Assembly (NCBI GenBank): GCA_006226965.1
Contig: SBGQ01000068.1
Coordinates: 4,445-68,444, forward strand
Length of the DNA stretch: 64,000 bases
Direction of reading: 5' to 3'
Source: a bacterium
GTDB lineage: Bacteria; Bacteroidota; Rhodothermia; Balneolales; M1805
The position numbers and the translations under genes were made by a program. The notes under the pieces are model-generated. The model ran no database searches. It saw only the letters and a list, made by a program, of their open reading frames with translations, and had not been told where the DNA came from. Positions 39,644 through 49,379 of the stretch are shown here, piece by piece; position 1 is the first letter of the stretch, and every line of letters begins with the position of its first letter.

Positions 39644-42133
39644 TTAAGACTTAAATTGGTTTTTTAAGCTGTTGTAATCAAGAAAATAAATCATTCGAAC
39701 AGAAACCGTATTGTTTTGGTTTTCTCTGAATGTATCCTTCAAGTTTTGGAAATAATGTGCATTGTATGTTTGGTCAAATCTGTTAACGGCAAACTTCCAA
39801 ACCAAACTTAAAAAACTACCTTGAGCAAACTGCCAAGTGTACACCATATCCACATTAATGAAATTCACAGTTCTGTCATATTCCTCGGGATTTGTATTTG
39901 TTGACCGTAAACTGCCGTTTGTGTTTAATAAATACAATTGCGAGTTTGATAAACTACTTACATAGTGTCGGGCAACCATTGTTAACCCCATACGATTCGT
40001 GAAATTATATTTACCTCGTAAGCTAGTCACGAAAGTTTGAACATCACGTTTAGCAAAAACAGGGTCAATTTCAGTATCTAGATTGGTAGTAAATCCGATA
40101 CTGTTCCAACGTGGCAACCAAGAAAACCCTAAACTCATCGAAAGGCGTTCATTAGCTCTCCATGTTTGTGACATATCAAAATCTAAGGCAAAAGTATTGT
40201 AGAAGTCAGGGTAGTAGCGCATGTATAGTGAAGGAGAGTAGAACCAAGCCTTATTTGAATTACTTTCAAACCAAAACCCGATTAGACCACTATAACCTTT
40301 CTTGAAATAACGTCCTTCAACACGAGGCTCATAAAAATCATTAGAGACAAAATCGAAGTTTATATTTCCGCCGATATAATGCAGCTTCTTGTGTTGCGAA
40401 TTCCAGTTAAAATTAAATCGGGAAAACTGATACATCGGATTACCTTCACCGATTGGTTTTAATAATCGGCTGTAATTCACATTAAAATTCAGATTTAATC
40501 GATTGTACCAACCTTTTGGTTTCGTTTCCTGTATGCCAACCCATGCGCCTTGAGTGAGATAATTATTATTGGTGAAATAGCCTAAATCGTTGTTTGAATA
40601 TTTGGTATCTGCCAATTCCTGCCAGTAGTTAAATCGAACTCGTCCACCGGTTTTTCCTGCATAAAAAGAGTGATAATAACCTGTTTCATTTGAACTTGCC
40701 GGATCCCATTTTTGGCTTACAGAGGCTTGGCCGCCGCTTCCCCAAGTGTTTTTCTTGTTATTCACATCATAAATAAAAGCAGAAACATTTGAATCGTAGA
40801 AATCGCCGGTACGAGTTACATTTGTGTTTACAAAACTGATACTCGAATTGTTTTTAAGAGATTGATTCAATACAAAAACGTTATAGTTAATAAGGGGAGC
40901 TGTTTTGTAGTTACGTTTTTCTCCCGTTAAGGTGTCTTCTATAACAGCATAAGTTTCATCAGTGATGGCGTTCATCACACCGACACCCAAGCCCGAATGC
41001 GTTCTTCCGGAAATCTTAGATGCATTTAAAAGTTTGGTTTCCGAAGGATTAGAAACAACTTTTTCATTGGATTGAACATCATCCGAAGCTCCCCAATAAT
41101 TGATTGGTGTGCCTCCGACTCTACGTGAATAAAACAACCCGCCTTGATTGAATAATTCCATCCCTTCGGTAAAAAAATCACGGTTTTCATCGAATCGAAC
41201 TTCAAAAGGACTTAGGTTAAATACTTGAGGGTCACTTTGTACCTGACCAAAATCCGGGATTAGAGTAGCATCTAATGTAAATGCCTGATTAATTCCCCAT
41301 TTTAAATCCATACCGCCGTTTATTGCTGTGGTTAAATCAGGAGTGGGGCCGGCAATAGGATAGTGGTTGGCATAGTAAGATAAATAAGGTGATAACTGGA
41401 GACGAACAGGTGGTTTGATGTCCGTTAATCCGGTTAGATAACCTTCTTGATTCATAAACCCGTTCACGTTTGGGTCGATTGGATTCCAAAAATACTGTTC
41501 TTCAGTCTTACGTCGTCGGCGAGTTACGTTTAAGCCCCAATCCTGAATATCTCTTTCAGCAAAACGAATGGATGCAAAAGGAATAAAGATTTCAAAACTC
41601 CAGTACGTATCGTCGATGTGAGTGGCACTTTTCCAAACGGAATTCCATGAAAAATCTTCTGAGTCACCATTCGGGTTTGGAGCTTGTTTGGCATCCCATT
41701 GTTCATTTAATGGAGTTATGAAATACTCAAAACCGTTCAGATTGTCTTTGTAGGTATCTAAAATCAAGCCGACAAAATCATTATTTCCAAAACCATCACG
41801 TCCTGCTAATTCCGCAGATATACGATCTCTTGATGGTTCGTAACAAATACCTCCGAAGTAAATACCTTGATCATCGTAGGTGATATAGGCAATGGTTTTT
41901 GCGTTTTCAGGTTCTTTGTTTCCGGGCTTTGGGCGCAATTCAACAAAATCCTCTAATAATGTAGCCTGATTCCATTCATGAGTAGTTACAATTCCGTCGA
42001 TTGTAATCGGATGTACTCGTCTTTTAGACTGAACAGATTTAGTTTGCTTCGAATGGTCTGATTCTGGAATAGTTGAAGCAAAAATTTCAGAATTAAAGGT
42101 ACACAATAATAATAGCACAGATAGAAAACGCAT
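39644..42133 (-). CDS. DUF5916-type outer-membrane protein with an N-terminal CBM9/DOMON-like domain
   Basis: 829 aa with a signal peptide. The N-terminal block is HPITIDGIVTTHEWNQATLLEDFVELRPKPG...YDDQGIYFGG...DFVGLILDTYKD. A long Tyr/Asn/Phe-rich beta-barrel-like region follows. Confidence 0.6.
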   Translation of the reverse strand: MRFLSVLLLLCTFNSEIFASTIPESDHSKQTKSVQSKRRVHPITIDGIVTTHEWNQATLLEDFVELRPKPGNKEPENAKTIAYITYDDQGIYFGGICYEPSRDRISAELAGRDGFGNNDFVGLILDTYKDNLNGFEYFITPLNEQWDAKQAPNPNGDSEDFSWNSVWKSATHIDDTYWSFEIFIPFASIRFAERDIQDWGLNVTRRRRKTEEQYFWNPIDPNVNGFMNQEGYLTGLTDIKPPVRLQLSPYLSYYANHYPIAGPTPDLTTAINGGMDLKWGINQAFTLDATLIPDFGQVQSDPQVFNLSPFEVRFDENRDFFTEGMELFNQGGLFYSRRVGGTPINYWGASDDVQSNEKVVSNPSETKLLNASKISGRTHSGLGVGVMNAITDETYAVIEDTLTGEKRNYKTAPLINYNVFVLNQSLKNNSSISFVNTNVTRTGDFYDSNVSAFIYDVNNKKNTWGSGGQASVSQKWDPASSNETGYYHSFYAGKTGGRVRFNYWQELADTKYSNNDLGYFTNNNYLTQGAWVGIQETKPKGWYNRLNLNFNVNYSRLLKPIGEGNPMYQFSRFNFNWNSQHKKLHYIGGNINFDFVSNDFYEPRVEGRYFKKGYSGLIGFWFESNSNKAWFYSPSLYMRYYPDFYNTFALDFDMSQTWRANERLSMSLGFSWLPRWNSIGFTTNLDTEIDPVFAKRDVQTFVTSLRGKYNFTNRMGLTMVARHYVSSLSNSQLYLLNTNGSLRSTNTNPEEYDRTVNFINVDMVYTWQFAQGSFLSLVWKFAVNRFDQTYNAHYFQNLKDTFRENQNNTVSVRMIYFLDYNSLKNQFKS

Positions 42134-42296
42134 AAAAGAACCTCATTAAAACCGCTATTGCGCATCCGATTTCGTAAAAGATGAAAGAAAGTTGCGTAAC
42201 AAAATGTCACAATGTGTTTTTATGAGTTTGAATGTTAATATGAGTCTTTGTCTTTCTTGCGATAGTTATTCCGATAGGTAATTCAGAAATTCTGCA

Positions 42297-42869
42297 ATGG
42301 AAAACTTATTATCAGAAATACGAGCTTGCCGTACATGTGAAGCTCATCTTATACATGGTGTTAACCCGATACTTGCAGCTTCATCTGAAAGTAAGATTGC
42401 TGTAATTGGTCAAGCGCCCGGACGAATTGTTCATCAATCCGGTAAACCTTGGGATGATGCAAGTGGTAAACGATTACGCAATTGGTTAGGTGTCACAGAG
42501 CTTGAGTTTTATAATCCGGCTTTATTTGCTTTAATTCCTATGGGCTTTTGCTATCCGGGGGAAGGTAAATCAGGTGATTTGCCACCTAGAAAAGAATGTG
42601 CGCCGCAGTGGCATTCTGTGCTGTTTAAATCAATGCCCGCAATCAAAATGATACTGCTTATAGGGAATTATGCTCAGTCGTATTATCTCAATGAAGCGGG
42701 CAAAATGCCACTTACCGAAATTGTAAAATCATATACGTTGTTTGGTGATATGTACTTCCCATTACCGCATCCATCACCTAGAAATAACAGTTGGCTTAAA
42801 AAGAACGAGTGGTTTTCCTTGGAAGTCTTACCTGCATTAAAACTGTCCGTTAAAGAGTGTTTAAAGTAA
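42297..42869 (+). CDS. Uracil-DNA glycosylase superfamily protein
   Basis: 190 aa. Motif A-like GQAPG and motif B-like HPSPRN. N-terminal CRTCEAH. Confidence 0.75.
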   Translation: MENLLSEIRACRTCEAHLIHGVNPILAASSESKIAVIGQAPGRIVHQSGKPWDDASGKRLRNWLGVTELEFYNPALFALIPMGFCYPGEGKSGDLPPRKECAPQWHSVLFKSMPAIKMILLIGNYAQSYYLNEAGKMPLTEIVKSYTLFGDMYFPLPHPSPRNNSWLKKNEWFSLEVLPALKLSVKECLK

Positions 42870-43013
42870 CTTGCATTAAGTTAACTGTTAAGAAATACAC
42901 AAGATTATCAAAATATTATGTGTAAGTATTTATTTCCCTGAGTTCAGTATGCGAAATACATGTAGTACAATCGCTAATACTTTTATTAAGAGAACATTTC
43001 ATTTGGGTAGTAG

Positions 43014-43052
43014 AATAAAAAAAGGCGCTCTAGCTAACCACTAGAACGCCTT
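43014..43052 (-). terminator. Rho-independent terminator ending the minus-strand giant-protein operon
   Basis: GGCGCTCTAG-ctaacca-CTAGAACGCC (one mismatch). On the minus strand it is followed by TTTTTTT. Confidence 0.6.
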
Positions 43053-43093
43053 ACTCCCCTCGATGAACGAAGTAAACGAGACAGTACGATTGT

Positions 43094-43312
43094 TTACTTC
43101 TTTTTTCCCTTCAATTTTTTGTAGGCATAAGCGCCAGAAGCAGCTGCTAAAATTCCTAAGCCACCGTCAATCGGAGCTTGACTTGGTGCTTGTGGCATTC
43201 CCGGAGGTTGTGCCCAAACAATATCACCTGCTAAAATTACTACTAGTGCAATCACACAAAAGGTGATAGCAGATATCGTGTATGTTGAGAGTTTCGTTTT
43301 CATATCAGTCAT
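43094..43312 (-). CDS. Mini-protein consisting of a signal peptide, a Pro-rich linker and a P-I-D-G-G / hydrophobic / Lys-rich C-terminal sorting-signal-like tail
   Basis: The start at the ATG at 43312 (or 43303) gives MTDMKTKLSTYTISAITFCVIALVVILAGDIVWA|QPPGMPQAPSQAPIDGGLGILAAASGAYAYKKLKGKKK. It lies 75 bp downstream of the giant gene on the same strand and is followed by a terminator. Confidence 0.55.
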   Translation of the reverse strand: MTDMKTKLSTYTISAITFCVIALVVILAGDIVWAQPPGMPQAPSQAPIDGGLGILAAASGAYAYKKLKGKKK

Positions 43313-43387
43313 ATTTTGAAAGTATATCGTTGATTTTAAAACACCGGCCCGGCGCCGAAACACCGAGCCAATGTAACACGACATCTA

Positions 43388-46300
43388 TTATTTGATTAAT
43401 GTCATTTGTTTTGTTATCACCTTGCTACCAGCAGATAAGCGGTAGAAGTACACACCTGAAGCTAGATTTTGTGCATTAAAGGTAACATTGTATCTACCTG
43501 CTGATTTAGTTTCATTCATCAGTATGGAGATTCTACGTCCTAAGATATCGTACACTTCTAAGCGAACATGAGTTTGCTGTGGAACTCCGAAACGAATGGT
43601 TGTTGATGGGTTAAATGGGTTAGGGAAACTTTGATTTAACTCAACTTCGGTTGGGAGTTGTTCGCCTTTTTCAACTGATGTTGCAATTGGGTTTACTTTA
43701 AGCATTAATACAGGAGCATCTGTAGTTGATGCGATTGACAACCCGGCATTTGGACCTTTTTTACTAGATACAGATTGTTTAGCGACAACATTTGAACGGA
43801 ATGTAATCTGGTTGTTATCCTTTAGTGTGTACATATTACCTGTTTCTACTTCAACTAATGTTGCTTCGAAACCTTCAGGTAATAAAGTCGGATCCCAAGT
43901 TAAATTGAATTCACCGGTCACCGTAGCATCTAAATAAATAGGATAACTGAAAGACTCTTCGGTTAGCGCAGGTAAGTTGTTAATCTTTACAGCCTGGTCA
44001 CTTACTTTCATATACATATTTGCATAAGTGTTATTCAATGGCCATAAGTAATAAGCATCTTTTCCATCAATAGCATATTTACCGTTTTCAGAAAAGCTGA
44101 GTCCAAATTTAGAAGACAAACCAGATTCAACCTGATTTAAAGTAAACATGAATTTTGGAGTAGATTGCTTTTCATTCTGATTAGGACGTGCTTTCCATTC
44201 TTCTCCGCCGCCGCCGCCGCCGCTTCCGGCATCGATAATGGTTGTTCCATCGTAAGTATAATAATCACTAATAATGAAATCATCCTGGAAACCCGGTTCT
44301 AAAATTCTTAAGAACATGGATTGGTAAGGTGTTAACGTTCCCCAGTCTGACTCAACCCAAGCGTTAGTACTTGGATCCCAAACGTAAACGTATTCGTTAA
44401 CAACAGCTTGCCATTCATCAAATTCGTCATAATAACTCATTTGATCATCCATTTCATAAAGAATGTCTCCGGCATCTACACCAAAACCGAATGGATTACC
44501 AACAAGTACCCAGCCTTCATTCCCGTTTAAAGTGCCGCTTTCGTCAACATCAACGTTTTTTAAGGTAATGGTTGCTTCTGTACCGAAAGTTGTGCCGCTG
44601 TAGTTAAATGTTTTTGGCCAACCACCATCAACTGGAGCTTGTTCATCCGTTGGATTGTCATCGGCAAACATATAGGCTAAAAGACCTTTTCCAGCTGCTA
44701 ATGTTGTTGAATTCAAATCCGTTGTAATGGTTTCCCATTGAGCGGTTTCTTCATTAAACGTAAACAAATTGGCATCACCAGCAGGAGCGTCTGAATTTGC
44801 TGCTCCTTGAGTCCAAACTGAGTCTAAGAAAGTTCCCAATGGACTTTGAAATGGATTCGAAAGCATTTGCCATTCGTTCTCATCTGCCGTTCCTACGAAC
44901 TCAGGGTTCATATCTATAACAGCGAAGTTTACAGTAATACTTGCATTACCTTTTGAAGCTGCAAAGGTAATTGTAATTTGGTCAATTCCGGCTTCATATG
45001 GCCAGTATTCTAATACATTTGTTGATGGGTTAAACGTATAACCATAAACATCTTCACCTTCTTGGTTACTTCCGCCGCTATAAATCCGATCACCGCTATT
45101 ATCATAAGGTTCTAAGTATAACTCACCGGAAAAGTTATTATCGTTTACCGTTAATATTAAGGTTGAGTCTTCGTAACCTTCTGCAAAAGGGAAGATGGAG
45201 TTATCTAAAATTATTGGTTCACTCTCATTGGCATAATAGACATTAACATTTATGGTAGTGTCACTTACACCGCTCAATAGATAGAAAGGTTCTCCGCTTG
45301 TAACAACAAATTGGCTAAACGAAGTTATTCCGTTAAATACAACTTGACCCGATGTATTTTCTGCACTAATACCGGAAGCAGCTAAGGTCCAGCTACCTAC
45401 AGAAGTAGAGCTTCTTTTATATAACTTAAGCAAACTAGGATCGGCTAACTCCTCAGCTGAAAATGCATCGGCACCAAGAGTTAGAGTAAGGTTGGCGCTA
45501 AAAGTGCCCGGATCTCCAAAAATGTCGATAATAAAATAACGATCGGCAACGGAGAAAGAGTAACCTGCCGGCATATTTGTCGGAACAGTTGCTACTTCCA
45601 ATACTTGTACATCTACTGCACTGTCAAAGTCTTCTGCAAGTGTTAAGGTGACATTACCTAAGGCTGTCGAGCCTGTTGTTACTGCAGATGCTGAACTGAT
45701 AGTGCCATTTCCAAACGGTACATCTGATTCAACATACTCATAGCCATTGATGTTCATAAACAAACTATTGATTTTGTCATATCTATTGATACCAAAACCA
45801 GCGTCTTCTTCACCAGTAACTGGCTGTGCAAACTGCCAGTAATGTTCTAGATTTGCCGGAAAACCAGTTGGAGGGACATACATGGTAGCACGGATATCAG
45901 CTGCTGATCGAGCAACACTCCAATAGCGTATTTCATCGATAGCACCTGTATAGTATTTATCCTCGTTCCAGTTTACACCAATGTACCATGGTGTATTGGT
46001 AACAGTTGCCGTAGTTATAGCGTCAGAATCTTCTAATTCTCCATTTACATAGAGTTTTAAATTGTCACCTGATGTACCAGTTAAAGCAATGTGATACCAA
46101 GCGTTTAAAGCAGCTGTTGTAGTTCCTTGGAGTTCTACACGTGTGCCGCCGCCGTTTTCATGCCCCGCATAAAATTTATTATCAGCACCTAAGCCCAATA
46201 AAATAGCTTCTTCACCATAAATAAGAAAAACTTGGTCAGTATTAATTACTGAAGGTTTAACCCAAAGTTCAATTGTAAATGGAGAATTAACGGTTGTCAT

Positions 46301-48235
46301 ACTGAAAGAACCGTAAGTTGAACCGTCAAATGATAAGGCGCGACCACCGGAAGTTTTGAAATCGTAACCCTCTTGAGAACTAGTAGTTACATTAGTTGAT
46401 GCCGAAGCAGTAGATCTGTAATTAGTTGCTGAACCAACACCACTGTAATAGTACATGTCAAAATAATAAGTAGTACCAGTAGTTAATCCATCAACTGAAA
46501 AGTTTTTTATTGATGAATTTTGACCTAAGGCACCATTAAAAACAACATAACTTCCATCACTTAACGTTGCACCTGAACCATATGTTGAATTTCCTTCATA
46601 GAATGTACCATCAACAGGTGTTGCACTTATTGAGCTTCCTGCTTTTGCTACAATTAAAACATTGAAAGAAAAATTTGAGCCAACATTGAGTGACCCTTCA
46701 ATAGATGTACCCCAATTATTGGAAAATGAATTAAACGAAGAGCTAAATTGGGGTTCAGAAAAACTATTGCTATTATAATAAAGATTGATAGAATTACTTC
46801 CATTTCTAACAGCTGCAACATCTAAATCGCCGTCACGGTCAACATCAGCTATTACTAAATCGGTTATGGATTGTGTATAAAATGATGTTTCATATGTAAA
46901 TTCACCACTTCCATTATTAAACACCGTATAGAGGCGGCTTTGATTTGCATAAACCAAATCAATATCGCCATCACCATCCATATCTCCGGTTCTGAGTTTA
47001 GAACCGGGTGCACCAGCAAGTGGGTAACTTTCGCTAAGCGTAAAAGTCCCATCTTGGTCGTTTTCTAATACAGATACACTACCATCGGAGGAGTGACCCA
47101 ACACGATATCTAGATAACTATCACCGGTAACATCTGCTGGTTCAATTCTTCCAATATTTTCATTTGCCAAATAGGTATCGACTGAATGATATCCACTAAA
47201 ACCATTAGATAATAACACTAAAACTTCTTTAGAATAATTATAACCTGCATAATCTTGTACACCATCATTATTAAAGTCTCCAGTTATGATTTGTTGATCT
47301 GCATCTAGTAATATTGACCCGCTTGTCCCGCCAGTTGAGAATGTAGCACCCGGCCAGTCGTTAACTATATGGCCTACACCATCAATATCACTGTTTGATA
47401 CAAGGACGTGATAGTACCCATCACGATCTACATCTGTTGCTATTAATGAGGTATTTGAGTAAGTATTCCAATCGGTTACTGTAATATTTCCAGCAGTAGC
47501 GAATGCACCTAGCCCATAGTTTGTATCTACTTTTACACTAGGAACGCCTGAACCACCGGGTTTTGTCAAGAATGCTACATCTATTTTGTAGTTAAGGTCG
47601 AAATCGGCCATAATTAACTTTGACAAATTAAAACCTGAAAATTGACCATATGAGTTTACAGGATAGTTATTTACATACGTTTCTTCCAATGCATCATAAT
47701 AGGATAGATTTCTGTGAATCTCATAATAATCACCTGATCTGATAACTGCATAATCCAGTTTACCGTCGTTATTAACATCAGCGGCTTGTAATGCTACAGG
47801 GTAACTGCTACCGATAGTTGATACAGTTCCTGATGTAAAAGCCCCTACACCTGTTCCACTTGAAGCTACCGTAAATGATAACAATTGAGGGGAGGTGTAA
47901 ACAAATTCACCATTCTTTTGTTTTTGCAAAATAGTAACATCAATTTTTTCTCCAGCATAAAAATTAGAATCAGGATTTACAGTTAAAATCCTAGATCCAG
48001 CGTTATAGCTTATTGCAACTGCGTAACGGCCTCTGAATGAACCATGTACAATTACATCATTTGGTTGAATAACTTGTAAAGCATCCATGTCAGTACTGAA
48101 TGTAATATCAATATTTGCATTGGCTGCCACATTTACCGCATTTCGAGAAGGAGATAAACTCGTTATTGTCGGTTGCGCCCACCCGATTGAGGTAAGCCCA
48201 CACAAAAGAGTAACTAACAGTAGTAGTTTTTTCAT
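43388..48235 (-). CDS. Giant secreted FG-GAP/VCBS-repeat and LamG-domain protein with a T9SS C-terminal sorting domain
   Basis: 1615 aa. Signal peptide MKKLLLLVTLLCGLTSIGWAQP. N-terminal SbsA-Ig-like segment. FG-GAP repeats: DVNNDGKLDY, DFNNDGVQDY, GDMDGDGDIDLVY, ADVDRDGDLDVAAV. LamG jelly-roll: FTIELWVKP...WYHIALTG...LKLYVNGE...IDEIRYWS. T9SS C-terminal domain: FPNPFNPSTTIRF...LASGVYFYRL...KQMTLIK. Confidence 0.85.
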   Translation of the reverse strand: MKKLLLLVTLLCGLTSIGWAQPTITSLSPSRNAVNVAANANIDITFSTDMDALQVIQPNDVIVHGSFRGRYAVAISYNAGSRILTVNPDSNFYAGEKIDVTILQKQKNGEFVYTSPQLLSFTVASSGTGVGAFTSGTVSTIGSSYPVALQAADVNNDGKLDYAVIRSGDYYEIHRNLSYYDALEETYVNNYPVNSYGQFSGFNLSKLIMADFDLNYKIDVAFLTKPGGSGVPSVKVDTNYGLGAFATAGNITVTDWNTYSNTSLIATDVDRDGYYHVLVSNSDIDGVGHIVNDWPGATFSTGGTSGSILLDADQQIITGDFNNDGVQDYAGYNYSKEVLVLLSNGFSGYHSVDTYLANENIGRIEPADVTGDSYLDIVLGHSSDGSVSVLENDQDGTFTLSESYPLAGAPGSKLRTGDMDGDGDIDLVYANQSRLYTVFNNGSGEFTYETSFYTQSITDLVIADVDRDGDLDVAAVRNGSNSINLYYNSNSFSEPQFSSSFNSFSNNWGTSIEGSLNVGSNFSFNVLIVAKAGSSISATPVDGTFYEGNSTYGSGATLSDGSYVVFNGALGQNSSIKNFSVDGLTTGTTYYFDMYYYSGVGSATNYRSTASASTNVTTSSQEGYDFKTSGGRALSFDGSTYGSFSMTTVNSPFTIELWVKPSVINTDQVFLIYGEEAILLGLGADNKFYAGHENGGGTRVELQGTTTAALNAWYHIALTGTSGDNLKLYVNGELEDSDAITTATVTNTPWYIGVNWNEDKYYTGAIDEIRYWSVARSAADIRATMYVPPTGFPANLEHYWQFAQPVTGEEDAGFGINRYDKINSLFMNINGYEYVESDVPFGNGTISSASAVTTGSTALGNVTLTLAEDFDSAVDVQVLEVATVPTNMPAGYSFSVADRYFIIDIFGDPGTFSANLTLTLGADAFSAEELADPSLLKLYKRSSTSVGSWTLAASGISAENTSGQVVFNGITSFSQFVVTSGEPFYLLSGVSDTTINVNVYYANESEPIILDNSIFPFAEGYEDSTLILTVNDNNFSGELYLEPYDNSGDRIYSGGSNQEGEDVYGYTFNPSTNVLEYWPYEAGIDQITITFAASKGNASITVNFAVIDMNPEFVGTADENEWQMLSNPFQSPLGTFLDSVWTQGAANSDAPAGDANLFTFNEETAQWETITTDLNSTTLAAGKGLLAYMFADDNPTDEQAPVDGGWPKTFNYSGTTFGTEATITLKNVDVDESGTLNGNEGWVLVGNPFGFGVDAGDILYEMDDQMSYYDEFDEWQAVVNEYVYVWDPSTNAWVESDWGTLTPYQSMFLRILEPGFQDDFIISDYYTYDGTTIIDAGSGGGGGGEEWKARPNQNEKQSTPKFMFTLNQVESGLSSKFGLSFSENGKYAIDGKDAYYLWPLNNTYANMYMKVSDQAVKINNLPALTEESFSYPIYLDATVTGEFNLTWDPTLLPEGFEATLVEVETGNMYTLKDNNQITFRSNVVAKQSVSSKKGPNAGLSIASTTDAPVLMLKVNPIATSVEKGEQLPTEVELNQSFPNPFNPSTTIRFGVPQQTHVRLEVYDILGRRISILMNETKSAGRYNVTFNAQNLASGVYFYRLSAGSKVITKQMTLIK

Positions 48236-48243
48236 TGTCGTGT

Positions 48244-48609
48244 TTATTTGATTATGGTTTGTAAGTATGTATGTATGTCTGATAAACTGTCTTTTGATAT
48301 AAATCCCATGGCGTTTACTTCACGAGCTTTTTTTCTGAATGAAAGGGAATCATAGCTGGTAACGATTACTACCTTGGCTTCGCTGTCTGAATCACAAATA
48401 ATCTTTGTGGCTTCAAATCCATTCATTTTTGTTAATTCAATATCCATTAAAACAATACTTGGTTTGTGTACGGAGTATTGGTGAATAGCTTCTTCACCTG
48501 ACATACATTCAATAAAATCAACGTCGTTCTTAACGTTTTTAGAAACGATCTGTCTTAATACTCGTCGCATGTCTATATGATCATCAACAATCATAATTCT
48601 CATCAACAA
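48244..48609 (-). CDS. Stand-alone response-regulator receiver (CheY-like)
   Basis: 121 aa. Motifs: IVDDH, phospho-acceptor LMDIEL, VTSY and ISK. The gap to the giant gene is 8 bp. Confidence 0.8.
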   Translation of the reverse strand: MLMRIMIVDDHIDMRRVLRQIVSKNVKNDVDFIECMSGEEAIHQYSVHKPSIVLMDIELTKMNGFEATKIICDSDSEAKVVIVTSYDSLSFRKKAREVNAMGFISKDSLSDIHTYLQTIIK

Positions 48610-48720
48610 ACCAACAATTAAAAATTTCTATTTATCTGGTCGTAATTTCTAAGTAAGAAGTCCAGATTTCAATAGGAAGGAGTACTCATTTTTATAGGTA
48701 CTTGTACCCAGATCGGATAT

Positions 48721-49377
48721 TTACTGAATAAGTTCAGCGTGCTCAATGGCAAACTTAAGAAGGGCATGGGCGCCGGTTAAACCCAATTTTCCGCAGATAT
48801 TATTGCGGTGATTTTGTACCGTTTTTATACTAATGTTCAACTCATCAGCAATTTCCTGACTCGTTTTCATCATGGATAAAAGTTTGATTATGTTTTTTTC
48901 AGCTACAGTTAGGTTTTCAAGATTAATTGAAAGTTGCGAATCGTTCTGTGATTTTGAATTTCGTTTATTTAATAATTCTTCGATTGCCGGACTCACATAC
49001 TGATTGCCCTGTATAACCGCCTCAAGACAGTGCATGATTTCAGTGACTGTATTTTCTTTAAGAACATAACCCTTTACTCCAAGATCCATAGCTTTGTTGA
49101 ACATGGAATCATCTTTATACATAGTTAAGAAGATGATTTTTGTGTCGGTGTTTTTCTCTAGAGTTTTTAGAGCAACTTCATAACCGGTAATTACCGGCAT
49201 CTCAACATCAAGAATAGCTACATCTGGTTTATTAAATTGTATCAGTTTTAAAGCATCAGCGCCGTTATCTGCTTCGAAAACGTGTTTTGTAACCTGTGTT
49301 TCAAGAGATAAACGTAAGCCTTGTCTTATTAGTGAATGGTCGTCAGCAATAACAATTTTTAAAGTGGGGTATAACAT
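48721..49377 (-). CDS. NarL/LuxR-family response regulator
   Basis: 218 aa. The receiver has IADDH and ILDVEMP. The C-terminal LuxR HTH is LTVAEKNIIKLLSMMKTSQEIADELNISIKTVQNHRNNICGKLG. Confidence 0.9.
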   Translation of the reverse strand: MLYPTLKIVIADDHSLIRQGLRLSLETQVTKHVFEADNGADALKLIQFNKPDVAILDVEMPVITGYEVALKTLEKNTDTKIIFLTMYKDDSMFNKAMDLGVKGYVLKENTVTEIMHCLEAVIQGNQYVSPAIEELLNKRNSKSQNDSQLSINLENLTVAEKNIIKLLSMMKTSQEIADELNISIKTVQNHRNNICGKLGLTGAHALLKFAIEHAELIQ

Positions 49378-49379
49378 AC

